Assembly (NCBI GenBank): GCA_013239625.1
Contig: MU053431.1
Location: 806,001 to 870,000 of the forward strand
DNA from: Lama guanicoe
Taxonomy: Eukaryota
DNA length: 64,000 nt
Reading direction: 5' to 3'
A program made the translations under genes and the position numbers. Below the pieces are notes generated by a model. The model did no database searches. It saw only the letters and a program-made list of their open reading frames with translations, and was not told the origin of the DNA. Below, piece by piece: positions 24,682-37,290 of this stretch. Positions within the stretch are counted from its first letter, which is position 1. The number at the start of each line of letters is the position of its first letter.

Positions 24682-25384
24682 ACCCAGAAGGTGTCGTGGA
24701 GGAGGCCAAGGGGGTCACTGGAGACCCTATGTTACTGCCTGGCGGGGGGCGCACCTGCTGTCTGAGAGTATTCGGGGTGAGATTCCACAGGACAGAGGTG
24801 TTTCTCTCCTAGGTCATGTCAGTCAGGGGCTCAAAATGAGTTGTTTTTCGTTTTCTAGGAGGAGAAATTTATTGGGTTTTAGGTGGTCCGAGGGCACGGA
24901 TAAATGCAAGACATGTTCCTTCTTACGGCTTTTCATCTGGGTAATCCTTAAGCATCCGGAGGACCCAGCTGCCGCCCGCTGTGAAGTGCAGTGAGATGTG
25001 TGAAATAACCGTTTCTGGCATTGCCTTCCTATATGTCATTTCCAAATAACTTGTTTGTGGGGCACATTTGTACTGGCTGTAAGGTTGAAGATTTACGTCC
25101 ACCAGGCAGGATTAGGCTGTCCCCTTCATCCTTCTCCCTGAGCAGTTATGTAGCAGAGGAGAGGGAGGGTGTACAGCCCTGAGGTTCTTGGGCTCTGCCT
25201 GAAGTGGTCTGCTGGAAGCAAACAACTGCTGTGAAGTTTCATATTTTATCTGAAAAATTCATGTGTCCAGAAGCCATATGAGAAAAGACAGTTATGTTTG
25301 ACTGTACGAAAGCATTGCCATTTAAATTTCATAGGAAAAAAATAAAATCCTGGGGTATATGTTCCTACTGTATTTGGCAGTTTT

Positions 25385-25690
25385 CCTTCATAAATAAAGA
25401 GCTCTTTAAAATCAATGAGACGAAGACCAAGGGCTCAGATTGGTGGGGAAGAGGGTGTTGAACCAAATTATGGAAATTTGTAGCTGAATTTTGCCAACAA
25501 GCAGCCAATGGAGAAAAAGGATTTTAGATGGTGAGGAACATTTTAAAGGTACTCACTCACATTCACTTAAATGCAAGATAAAATCCTGCCCGATCATTTC
25601 ACCAATCAGGCAGGCAAAGACTGACACACTGGTGCTCAGGGTTGGGAGGCTGCGGGGAACCTGGCCCTCATACAGGTGGCCTTATCTGGA
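25385..25690 (+). mobile_element. Old L1 (L1ME-like) ORF2-end fragment
   Basis: ataaagagctc...aaatcaatgaga...aaatgcaa.ataaaa...ttcacc.atcag...ctcataca. Confidence 0.6.
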
Positions 25691-26319
25691 AACAAAGCCT
25701 CAGCCGCCCCTGCCCCCGACGGGAGTCTGTATTTTTGGACCAAGCCTGACTTTGTTTGTTTGTAAAGGGCGTGCTCTTACCCTCTGAAGAAACTGCCTGG
25801 GTGTTGACTGCCTGCTTGGCTGTCTGAAAATTATTTTTAGAGGCACTTCAGCAAAGAAAAGAAAGAAAAGAATTGAAAGTAGTTGCAGCCAGCATCTCAG
25901 TCACACACACATGCACCCGCACACCCGGGGAACCCACGAGGGTCTCTTTCCTGGATGTCTGGCAAACCCAGGCTGTCAGCCTCCACCTCGACATTGCAGA
26001 GCTGCAGCCGTGTGGGCTGCAGGGAGCGCTCACACGCTCTGGCTTACTGAGACCCCAGCAGCGCTGCTCACTGCCCAGGTGGCCAGATGACCAGCCAGAG
26101 GGACACGGCCCAGTGGCTTTCATTGCAGAGCAGTGCAGCTCGGAAGTACTTCAGTGCAGGGGCCAGGTCAGTGGCTGGTGTGTGTCCGTGGTGTGTGATG
26201 GGTGGCAGAGGCCTGGGGCACTGAGGGCCCGGCTTTGTGACAGGAAAGTGGGGACAGCTGCTCTGGGCTGTGTGGTGATCAGAGCCACCTTCCTTCCGTG
26301 GCTTCCAACCAGTGGAGAC

Positions 26320-26708
26320 CACCAGACACCTGTCAAAGGGCGAACAGATAAACAAATGTGGTACATCCACACGAGGGAATATTATTTGGTTGTGAAAAAG
26401 GAATGGCATCCTGACCCATGAAAGCGTGGGTGAGGCTTGCAGAGTGACAGCAGGGAGTCATGCTGGACCCGCTGCCAATCCACAGGGGCAGAAGGTAGAC
26501 TAATGTCTGCCCAAGCTGGGTTCTGGGGAGATGGGGTGTGACTCCTGACGTGTGTGGGGTTTCTTTATGGGGTGGTGAAAATGTTCTGGAACTAGAGTGG
26601 TGATGGGCACAGCGTTGGAAGCGTACTAAAATCCTTGCATGGTACACCTCAAGCGGGTGAACTTGACGGTATATAAATTACATTTCAATGAAGCTATCAG
26701 GAAAAAAG
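26320..26708 (+). mobile_element. L1MB/L1ME-type 3' end
   Basis: gataaacaaatgtggtacatccacac...gggtttctttatggggtggtgaaaatgttctggaactaga...aaattacatttcaatgaagct + A tail. Confidence 0.85.
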
Positions 26709-26959
26709 TATACTGTCTCCACCCAGCCCTCCCCACTGCCTTGCCTGTCCCCGCTCCCTGACGAACCACCCCCTCGCGGTGAGTGACCTTGGCCTGACAC
26801 GCCCCCTGTGTCCAGGCACGTTCACAGTCACAGGCCTGCAGTGCCCTGACCTTCCGCGCCCCCTCTCCGGATACCAGCTGTCTGGAGCGGGCGGTCCTCA
26901 GCCCCCGCCCCCACCGCGTTCTCTGCGGCGTGACCACCTGTGGCCGCACAGCGCTCACG

Positions 26960-27096
26960 ACACTGCCCTCCTGCCTGGTTTGCTGTCTGTTTTCCTCCAC
27001 GAGGGGGGATGCGCTTTGGTGAGAGGTGTCTGTTTGCTCTCTGCTCTTTGCCCCGTGCCTGGCACATAGTAGGCGCTCCAACCCTGCAGAATGAAC
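26960..27096 (+). mobile_element. L2 3' end
   Basis: gtgcctggcacatagtaggcgctc...gaatgaa tail. Confidence 0.7.
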
Positions 27097-28166
27097 CGGT
27101 GATGGGCAGAAGTGTCATTTGCTGGGATTTCCACCCCCCACCCCCGGGGGGCTCTGAAGCCCCAAATCATTGAGGGGTGGAGGCCGCCCACAGGTGCTTC
27201 CTCTGTGGGGCAGAAATGAGACCTGCCTTCCCGACGTAGGACCAGAAACCATGTGACATCCAAGAAAGCGCCCCAGCGGGAAGACAAGGACCTTCCCTCT
27301 CACCTGCCTACGCTAGCCCCAGACCGCCCGCCCAGCCTGAAGCGACTTCGAGGGGCTGCAGATTTCTCAGTATCACCGCTAAAATCTCAAGGTCCTCCCC
27401 GTAGATCAAGAAGTACCGGCATCTCATGAATGAGCGGGACGGCAGTGGTAACGCAGCAGCGGGACGCTCGGGGGCCAGGACGTCCGAATGGCGCGGTGGT
27501 CCCATCCTGCGGCTCCAGCAGCCCCGCGGGCCGGGAGCAGAGGGCGCGGCTGTGGACAAAAGTCAGTGTGTTTGTATCGATTCTCCCCTTACTGGCCCGG
27601 CCCATGTGGAAAGAAGGAGCAGGCCCAGGTTAGGGGTTTCTCTCTTTCATGTAAAATTTCAAGTCGCAGAGTTTCTGGTCCGAGGGAGAGCGAAGGTAAT
27701 TATATTCACTTTGTTCAAAAATTTAGGAATAAGCCACACATGACGCTTTTAAAGATTCTGGACACGTGGATCTGATATTTTAAATTTTAATTGCACCTTT
27801 TTTGTCGTGGGCAACGTGTGATTTTTTTGCCATGGTTGCATCACACTTGGTTTGGATACCTGCCTGCCAGGTACTCAGCAGGGCCTTCTGGGGACGAGGA
27901 GGTCTGCCTGTCCGGGGGTGGGCCCTGCCGGGACCCAGATTGCATGAGGATGAGAAAACCAACAAAGCAGGAGGAATGTCCACGACTCAGATCCCCACCA
28001 AGGGACCTGCAGGGGATTCACACCGAGGGGAGTGCATGCGCTGTGCAGACTGGGGGAGCACCAAAGTGGAGAACACAGTGGGCTCACCTGGGCCAGGAGT
28101 GTGGTCCAGGCCGCTGCTGGGGAAGAAGCCCTAAAGGGCTCTCGCCTTCTACAGGGATGTTTAAAG

Positions 28167-28312
28167 AGTGACTTTGTGAGAGCTGGTAACCTTGTTTTTC
28201 TCATCTGTTCAAGGGGATCAGAGCAGTTCCTGCCTCACTCACAGGTCATTTTGAGGATGAAGTAAGATGACGCGTGTGTAAAACGGGGCGCTGTGCCCGG
28301 CACGGTGGGCGT
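28167..28312 (+). mobile_element. MIR fragment
   Basis: gtgactttg...tttctcatctgt..aa.ggg...ctcacagg...tgaggatgaa.taagat...gtgcccggcacgg. Confidence 0.7.
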
Positions 28313-29034
28313 GTTTCCTCCTCTTCCTCCTCCACCGTCAGCGTGACTGTTGCAGGGGCCTGTTGCCTCCTGGTGCCTGTTCCCAGCACAGTGCATGGTC
28401 TTTCTCCCATCCCCTCTTGTCCCCTTCCAGGAAGGCCTTTTAGTGAGCCTCTTTCAGTCTCCCTTGGTCAGTGCCAATCCTGTGAACACAGTAGGTCCTC
28501 GCTAAGTGTTTGATGGAAGGAGGCCACTGCCTCCCACATTCACCCATCTGTGCATGTAGGAACGAGCTCCTTTCAGCCAACAATGGGGGAGGGTGTCCAT
28601 GCAGAATCTCTGGTCCTCACTGCAGAGAGCAGGTGGCCCAAGTCAGAGAATCAGACGGGAGCCCCTGGGGTCCTGGGACCTTCCTGTCTTCTGCTTCCCA
28701 CACTGGACCCTACAGGGAAGGGTCTCTTCCCTCCCTGTGTCTCTTGCATGGAAGCAACACCCAGTAAAGAAACGCATCCACTCACACGGCGTGGTGAAGA
28801 CGACCCTCTGAGTGGCAGCTGGATATTGACCTCGGTCTGGCTGATTGGGAACCACCACGCTCCTTCTCTCTGCGAGGATCCCAGTGACGGCTTGCGAAAA
28901 ACGAGCCTGAGCTGGACTCTTGACTCTGCTCCTCTTGGCCTTGCTTCAGACAAGTTACTATTTCTCTGAGCGGCAGGGGCTTTACTGTAAGGCAGGGGTT
29001 TTTTCTTGACTGTGACTGGCAGAGTGAACTGTCG

Positions 29035-29385
29035 GGATGATAACGGTGTTGTAAGTAATGACAAGGAGGAAGCCGACGATGATGGTGAAGATGATGGTGC
29101 TGAGGATGAGGAAAACAATGGCAGTGAGATGATGAAGTTGACGGTGGTGATGGTGATGAAAAAAGATGAAGATGATGGTGGAGGTGATGGAGGTGATGGG
29201 GATGGAGGTGATGGTGGTGGAGGTGATGGTAGAGAAACTGGGGGTGATGATGGTGATGATGATGACAATGGAGATGAAGACAATGGAGAGGGTGGTGTTA
29301 ATGGTGATGGTGTTGATGGTGAAGAGTATTATGAACATGATGAAGATGAAGATGATAGTGATGAAGATGGTACTGATCATAATGG
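29035..29385. repeat. (GAT/GGT)n low-complexity trinucleotide tract
   Basis: About 350 bp of gatggt/gatgaa/ggtgat units. Confidence 0.92.
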
Positions 29386-30689
29386 CCGTGTGCAGACACC
29401 TCCCGATCTAGTCCTGAAATATCTCCAGTGTTTACATTCAGGAGTCTTGGTGGTTTCTTTTCAAAGCCGTCTCCCTGTGGGCGTCCACCCCACACGCTCC
29501 CACCATGATGCTGTGTCTTCACTGCTTGGGAGGTTGGGCGTCCCGTTCTGTGACCTCTGTCATCTCTAAGACGTCTCTGTCTTTGAGCTGTGGTTTTTCC
29601 TTTCCTGTGGGTGCTTTTTCCTGCCCTCGAAACCTGTACCACACCAGCAAGGCACACTGCTGTGAGGACAGAAATGGCACGTCCTTCCTCCCTTCCCCTG
29701 GCAGTTCTGACGTGGGTGCGTTTCTGCCCCAGGGCTTTGGTTTTCTCGAGCTGCAGGGGCTAACTGGTTTGGTTATTTCATGATGGCGTCTGCAGTTTCT
29801 CATGAATGGGCGATTATCCAAGGACCCCTTTTCCTCCCTGGGGTCTCTTGCGAAGTTTCAGTCGCAGGGCCGGGCGGCAGGGCGGTGGGCTTGCAGAAAA
29901 GCCAGGGACGGGGAGATTTGAGTCGCTGGAGTCACCGCTAGTGGTTCCCAAGAAAATCGCGGGGCTGGGTTTCCTTTTTTGGCCTGCCCCAGGAGAGACA
30001 GCGGCCGTTCTGTGGACCTGTTGTTCAGCTACCCCTTTCTGCAGACCTTGCCTCAGAGCAGTTTAAGGAGCTCAGGGTATCACGGTACTTGAAGAAGGGA
30101 GCTTGGGGAAGGGTCGAGGAGAAGAAAAGCAGGGGTTTAGAACCAGCAAAAAGGCTTTTCCTGCAGCTAAAAATTTCAAAGGAGAACGTTCTGTCTCGGC
30201 AGATTGAGCAGTTGTAAGTAAGGCTTGGGTGAGAGAGGGAGTGGGGGAAGCGAGGGAGGCTGGTTTCTCGCTGTGAAGACGTGTTCTCCGGAGAAGGGGA
30301 ACCAGAGAAGGGCAGGCCCTGCTGGGCTCCAGGACGGGGCTCTCGCCGTTTCTGTTGCCCAAACGCGACCCGCTCCTTTCTCTGCCCGGTCCTCTGAGCC
30401 AGGGTCAACAGCCCTGTTCTCAGGGAGTCAGACACCACCCTCCAACCTCACTGGTCCCTGATTGACCATCACTGTTTATTTTTAATAATGATGTCAAGCA
30501 CTTTGCCGATGCAAAGATTTAAGTTGGAATTGAAAGGGGACTTCATAGTTGTACTAAAGGCTCTCTGAAAAGTGTTTATTTTTTAATTCTTGAACCAGCC
30601 CTCAGGCCAAGATAACATCATCTCAGAGGATCTTAGAGAAAATTCTGTTCTTCATTTTACATTCCTGGAAGTCCTAAAGTGAATTTGCT

Positions 30690-31250
30690 GTTTCTACATC
30701 TATCCCCTAGAGACATGCTTGAACACATCCCCAAGGGAAATACAGAGGAACATTACTGTCAAGTTGCTCATAATGCCAACAACAAACAAAGGAAAACAAA
30801 AGGAAACCAAAATTCCAAATGATAGGAGAATAAATATGTGATTGCGGCGTATTCACACAGTGTAATTCTGTGATGCACTGTTTATACAGACATACCCCCG
30901 TGGATAAACCTCTGATGTAATGTTTACAAAAACTGCCGTGTGGTATTGACTAAGTGGTATCATTTACATGATGCCTCAAAGTGCCCTCAAATGCTGTGTG
31001 TTCATGTGGAATGGGCGTGTAAACATGGAGAGGGAAGGCACACAGGCCAGATCCCACAGAGTGCCACTGCTGTGAAGGAGGAGACGGGGTGGGAGAGGGG
31101 GGCGGTGAGAGCCCCCACTGCAACGTGTGATGGTTCGTGAAGACGAACGGCCAGCGCGGGGTTGTTCTCACCTGTTAGACTAGGCGGGGGGTGTGTGTGT
31201 GTGTGTGCATTTCTTGTGCGTTTTTGTAGGTTTGAGATATTTCACGGGTA
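30690..31250 (+). mobile_element. Old L1 (L1ME-like) 3' region, degraded
   Basis: tctatcccctagaga...ataggagaataaata...tattcacacagtg.aa...gagatatttca. Confidence 0.55.
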
Positions 31251-34200
31251 AATAAACACTGTTGGCCACATTATGGGCTGGAAGAGATTTTACATAATTA
31301 TTTTTAAACATCAGAATCTCTCAGAAGAGGCAGAATTCTTAGGTCTAGATAAAACTTGGGCCGTGCCGAATGCTGCAGGAGCGGCTGGAGGATTCCAGCA
31401 CAGGCCGTATCGTGTGTTTTCTGTGCTGCCTGCTGAAGCCCCGGGACGTGGGCATCCTGGTGTTTCCTCGGGCTCCGTCCCCGCCGGGCACCGCTGTGCC
31501 CCTTGTGGCTCAGAGGGACTGCTTACCTGACGGAGAGTTTGAGAAGGGACCCTCCACAGGCTCAGATAAGAGCAACGAGTCGGAACCCCATGTAGAGCAA
31601 CCGACTTCGAAGGCCTGAGGGGGCAGCCCTGTGAGTTAGTCCCACTCTTACAGAGCCGTTGCTCGCAGGTTTAAATGCTGCCTCATTGCTTCTGAGTCCA
31701 TTTTGTGACTATAGAGTATTACCAGGTTTAAGACGATGAGTTAATTAAGAAATCATAATTCCCAGAGGGCCTCTTTGACATAATTTAAAACCCAGGTGAG
31801 TGTAATCCTATCATTTAAAACCTTACATTGAATGGGAGACTAGAAAACATTGGGCCGCTCATCCCAGCGGGAGGGCCAGGGGCTGGAAGGAGAGTGAGCA
31901 AAGGGAGGGAGGGTGGCCGCTGGGAGCATCGCAGGTGGGTGTGGAAGGAGACCCGCTCCGGTCCCGCGGTCACAGAAGCCCGCGGCGGCATCTGGGAGGT
32001 GGCTACACGGACATATGGCTGAGTTACCCACCACCAGAGCCTTCCAGCAGTGGGCCGCCCGCCAGCATTCCTTCGTTGGCCGCAGAAGGAAGTCGCCATC
32101 TTGGGTGAGTAAACAAAGGCAAGTTGTCCATCTGTCAGGGGTCTTGCTGAAGGGACGGCGTCTTGGATTTCCTAGATCTGCTTCCACGATGGCTTATGTT
32201 AAAGTTGTTCGTCCTGATGTAACTGCTGGGCCAAGAATGAACAGCATGCCACAAAACAAATGATCGTCTCTTAGCCCTTCAGGTTTACGATTCTGTTTCC
32301 TCACAAAGCCCTGCATCCTGAGGCACTAATCGTTGCGTCTGACGTTTGCCCAGCAAGGACGACGTTGGCCAGATGCGCGAACACGGTTTTGGAAGCATCC
32401 TGACGTCTCCCATGAAACAGAAAGTAACCTTCCCGCCGAAGGGCAGCGGCAGGTGGCAGAGCCCGATCCCCTCCAACGGGAGGAGTCTTGGAACAGAACC
32501 CCAGACCTTTGCCTGAAAGGCACGACCTCGCCCTCCACAGTCAGCTCGCTGGCCGGCCCGGAGCGATGGAGGGCGAGCACCGCGCTGGTGCCTCCCAGCG
32601 CGTGACCGGGGTGGCAGGGTGGTCTGTGCCCGCTCCCACCACCTCCCAGGCAGACATCAAGGTGGGGGTGGTGTCGCCTTTGGCTGGGATTCCAACGGAG
32701 GCAAAGTGAGTCATAAATAAATGTTAGTCACCGGTGTCTGTTAAACTTTTACTTTGGCTACGCAAACTCAGGGGAGACATTCAGCACTCCAGTGACAAAG
32801 CAGATCATGTGGCCCGGTCACGACCAAACCTGGGAGACGTGAAGCAGCCCCAAGAAAACAGCCCCTCTGGTTTGACAGGACTGTCCGGGGAGAGGTGACG
32901 TGGTTTCGTGCACTTAACGTGCGTCTGTATTTATTTAAAATGAGCTGGAGCTGAGGAAGGAGGTGGAGGTCTCGCATCTCCACCATCTTGGAACCTGGCA
33001 GTGAGAAGGCTGGGGATAACACGACGCCTCAGCTGAAGCCCCTTCTTCTAAGACGGTGAACACCTGTGCTGGCTGATTGCCTTGTGCTGTGAATGGGAGC
33101 TGAGTAGTTGGAAGTGACTGGCAGACGGTCTTGTAGGCCCATCTGCTTGTTGCATTTTTATGACCGTTTTCAGCATAGAGGATCTTTGAGGCGAGAGGGT
33201 GACGCTCGAGTAGGGGGGACCAGAGACCGAGCTGCAGGGCTCTCCGCTGCCGACCCTCGCTGGCTCGACCCGGGGAGGAGGAGGAGAATCGTAAGGGTTA
33301 GCGCCTCCTCTCGCTGCCCAGGAGGCATGAGTGGATGGCGGGGAGCGCACTGCAGCCTGGCTGTTTAATCCAGGGGTCTAGAGAGCATAAAACTCTCTAA
33401 AAACGCATAGGCCACAGTCTGTGAGGCGTGCTGGCCGTGGTGACTTTGTGACGCTTCATGGGTCACTGTGGTCTCGTGTTGCGGGTCTGGAGAATGATGA
33501 TCGTGAACTTCCCGGAAGAGCACCGATCATAAAGATTCAGCTGTAGGATTTGCAGCATTTGTTCGTGGCGGGGGAAGGTGGACGGTGAGGGTGGACGCCC
33601 CACATGGACACTTCCCTGGTTATCTTCTTGACTCCAAAGTGGCTTCTCCCAAATCACCGAGGCCATGGGAGCCGGATCAGGGACAGCAGATGGATTCATG
33701 AGTGGAAAATCTGTTGTAAAATTCCGCCTGGCAGTGCTGGCCACATGGTATCTTAAATGGAATTTATCCAACTAAACATTTAGCCTTTAAAAAAAAAACA
33801 GTAACGCAAGGAATTGAAGAACCCTAAATATTTATAATCGTCTAACCATGGCCCAGTGCCATCAGATGTGCTTTTCCTCTGACCCCACCAATGATCTCAC
33901 CGATTATCATTAAGAAAAGGCTGTTGCACCTGGATTTGGGCGGTACTGGTGCTTGTTAGCCCACGGGACCTTGCGTGTCTGAACGCGTCCTGGCAGGACT
34001 CTGCTGGGGAAGGGGCGGACGTTCCCTGCGCTACAGCTGAGGAGGTGAGCGTCTGTTGGTCCCTCTTGTGGAATATGTTCTGTTCCTGAAGAGGTTTTTC
34101 GCTCAGTCAACATAATGTGGACATTAGTGGATGAGAATCTGTTCTAGGCTAGAAAATAAGACACAAAATGATTATGAATTAAGGTACAAAACTTCAGATG

Positions 34201-36699
34201 CACAGTCCTTGCCAAAAAATAATTTCCATTCAGATTGTATCAAGAGATTGGCTGGGAGCCAGAGCATAAAAAGAACAATATTTAGCTAGGATTTCTGAGC
34301 AGTTCTGCGGGGACATGTGTGCACCGGCGTACGTGTGTACGTCGGGTGTCCGTGCGGGACCCAGACAGGTGTGCTCAGGAGGCTAGGTCTGTGTGCGTGT
34401 ATGAGATCCCAGCAGGAACTCATGTAACTATTCCCGTATTCTTGCTCCTCTCTCCCTGTGTTCCTGCGTAAAAATCTTCAATAGCTCTGGTATCAAGCAG
34501 CATCGGTAAGTTACGGTTGCAGTAACAAATGACCCCAGGCTCACAGCGGCTTCTGAAAAGGGTTATGTCTCACTCAGAAAACATTGCTGTGGGTTAGTTG
34601 TGTGTCTTCCCTGTGCCGGAGTGCTGGCCGGAGAAGCTAGTTGCTCTTTTGGCATCTTTGCCTTTTCTGTAGGGACTGTTCAGCCTTCCTGTTGTAACTC
34701 TCACAGACGGATGGAGTCTTTGATGTGTAATTGTTAGGCTTGCAGCTCCTGAGCCGTTGTGTCGGCACCTAGAGCAGAGCCCATCACAGCGATGCCGCCG
34801 GCCACACCGTAGGAGGAAGGGGGCCTTGCGAGGCTGGACACCGTAGGGCCGAGAGAACTAGTAAGTGAACAGCAACTCGCTCCCTGAGAAACTTTGACTT
34901 AGATGGAAGGATTGTGTCTCCATGAAGAACGAAGAGGGCATGTTCCAGGGGGAGAAGACGTCTGGACAAAGCCATAGAGACATGACAGATCTTAACGTGT
35001 GCCAAGGACTTCCTGGAAGTTCCAGGAGAGGGTTCCGTGTGCGGTGGAGAGACAGCCGGTGGGGAGGGAGGTGGTCACGCGGACTCATAGGGTCAGGGGG
35101 ACAGTGCTGGCCAGAGGTGACACTGCCGCCTTTCCCTTGGTGTCTGTTTTTGTGCCCTTCTTTGAAGGGACCTGCTGGAAGGCCTCCATCCCACCGGGAT
35201 CACGGGTTTGTTCCGGGCTGACTTCAGACTGGGGAGTTACTTGGCTAGGCTGCAGGATTTTCCATATTTGCTTGCTGGTCATGATTCTCCCGTCCACATT
35301 CAAAAAGGATTTGAGGTAACTGAGTTTGTTAAGATGGAGAATGGGAGCAAGGTGCCCACCGAAACGTCTGCTCCTTTCGTATGGATGCCCTTGGGTATTT
35401 TGTCTTTGAGGTTTGCTGTTTTCCCCAGTGACAAGGTGGCCAGGGGACTTCAAGGAACCTATTCAGTAAGAAGTAGGGAGTGGCTTTTCCCTGGTGCTTA
35501 TTAATTCACGAAGTTCTATATGTTTTGACATCTTCTATATTAATTTTCCACGGTAAATTTTGGCTGAGCCCCTGTTTTCTTTCCAGTGTCTTGTATTGAA
35601 CTTTATTTTAATAGTTAAATTTTTTGAGGATAACTATAGTATCAGCACAAATTTCTAGATGCACACTCAGAATAAGGCTTTCCTAACTTCAAAATGAATA
35701 GTGTCAGTCAAGTCACCGCTCTGAAGGAACAAAGATCGGCAGAATTACATAACCGTTAGTCACTGGGTTCCAAGATACAGAGTTTCTCTTCTTTGAAATG
35801 AAGTCATTTTACACTCCTGCCACTTATCTGCAGAACTGGGGTTCCGGATGTAACCTGATGCTCGATTCTGCAGTGCAGTAAGTGAGACTGTGCTAAGATT
35901 TTAGGGTAGGATTACTTACGCTCCGATAACGTTAGGGGCAGAATGTCTTCATTTTGATTCCCAGCTGTCCCTTGGGGTAAGTGATCAAATTCAACACCCT
36001 CCTAATGGGGAGCAGGGAGAGCCTTGCACGCGCACTCTGTGCCTGTCCCAATTGTTCCCCTCGTTGTTGGCATGCGTGTCAGACACACTCATCTGTGGAA
36101 GTGCTGTCTCTCCCCTAGAGAAGTGGAGGTGCACAGCGGGCCGTGTCTTCTTTGATTTCTTACCTGGCGTAGCTCTGAAACCTCACGTGACGCGGCCCGG
36201 CAATTCCTAGCCGTGAAATCCAGGCTCTCCGGGTTTTAAAAGCAGCGTTCGCCCCTGTAATTAACTAGCCATGTTTCCTTGGGAATACAATGTTTCACTG
36301 AACAGCCAGTGTTTAATTTTTACTCGGCTTGATATAACACGGGCTAGAGGGAGGCAGCGCCGGTGAGGGACAGTGCCTTTGCGGGGTACCTGGTGTCGAA
36401 TCTGCACCAGCCCCGTGAGGCACCCTGACTGGGACACTGCTAATAATGTGCTCATCTTATTTGACTGAGGAGTGTGGAGTAAACACGCCAGCTTTACTCT
36501 CACCTTTAACTACGATGCGGGAAGGGAGTTTGGCAGTCGACTGTGTGCTTGGACGTGAGTGGAAGCAGGTAAGGTGGTTTCAGGGCCCATCTGCCAACCC
36601 AGCTCTCAGGAGGGGACCCTGTGCTTTGAGTTACGGGCTCTGTGCTGGGCAGGTGGACCTGGGAACCGTGTGGGGTGCTCTCCAAGGTACTGGCTTCCA

Positions 36700-37290
36700 C
36701 CCAACAGATATGTCCTGAGCACCGCCTTGGACCCAGCACTTTTCTAGGCATTTTAGCTGTGAGTTCTCCTTCCCTCGTGGGGGCTGCATTCTGGGGAGAG
36801 AGGCAGAAACACCCAAGAAAGTACTTGCACAAGGTGATGTCAGGTAGGAGGGTGCTGTGAAGGAAACAGAGCAGAGCGGTGGGATGGGGACTGCGTGCAG
36901 CCTCAGATTCAGTGCTCAGGTGGGTCTCTCCGGGTCGGGAGTGCGCATGGACTCGGTCAAGCCTCGGGGCTGAGCATTTCCAGCAGAAGGAACAGCAGGG
37001 GCAGAGGGACTGAGACAGGGATGGACCGGAAGTCCTAAAGGGACAGGAAGGTCCCAGTGCCCGTGGCACAGGGGGGTGGAGGAAGGGGCTGTCTGTGGCT
37101 GGAGACGTCTGGGGCCACGGGAGGGAGTCTGGTTTCCATCCTGAGTGCAGTGGAAGGCTTTGGAAGGCCTCCACCTGCAGCGTGTAGACCGACTGTGGTT
37201 TGTAACAACCCCTCCTCTGCTGTGTGTGGAGAGTGGGTTACAGGAGTGAGAGTGGGGGTCCGGGATCTCCGCTGTGCCTCCTGCAGGGAG
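36700..37290 (-). mobile_element. L2 fragment
   Basis: gtgctgtgaaggaaacagagcag...gcatttccagcagaaggaacagca...tccatcctgagtgcagtggaagg, typical antisense L2 body. Confidence 0.75.

Noticed and set aside
29006-29569. Acidic D/E/G-rich 187-aa ORF and antisense poly-Pro/Ser/His ORFs
   Set aside because: Translation of a (GAT/GGT)n low-complexity repeat
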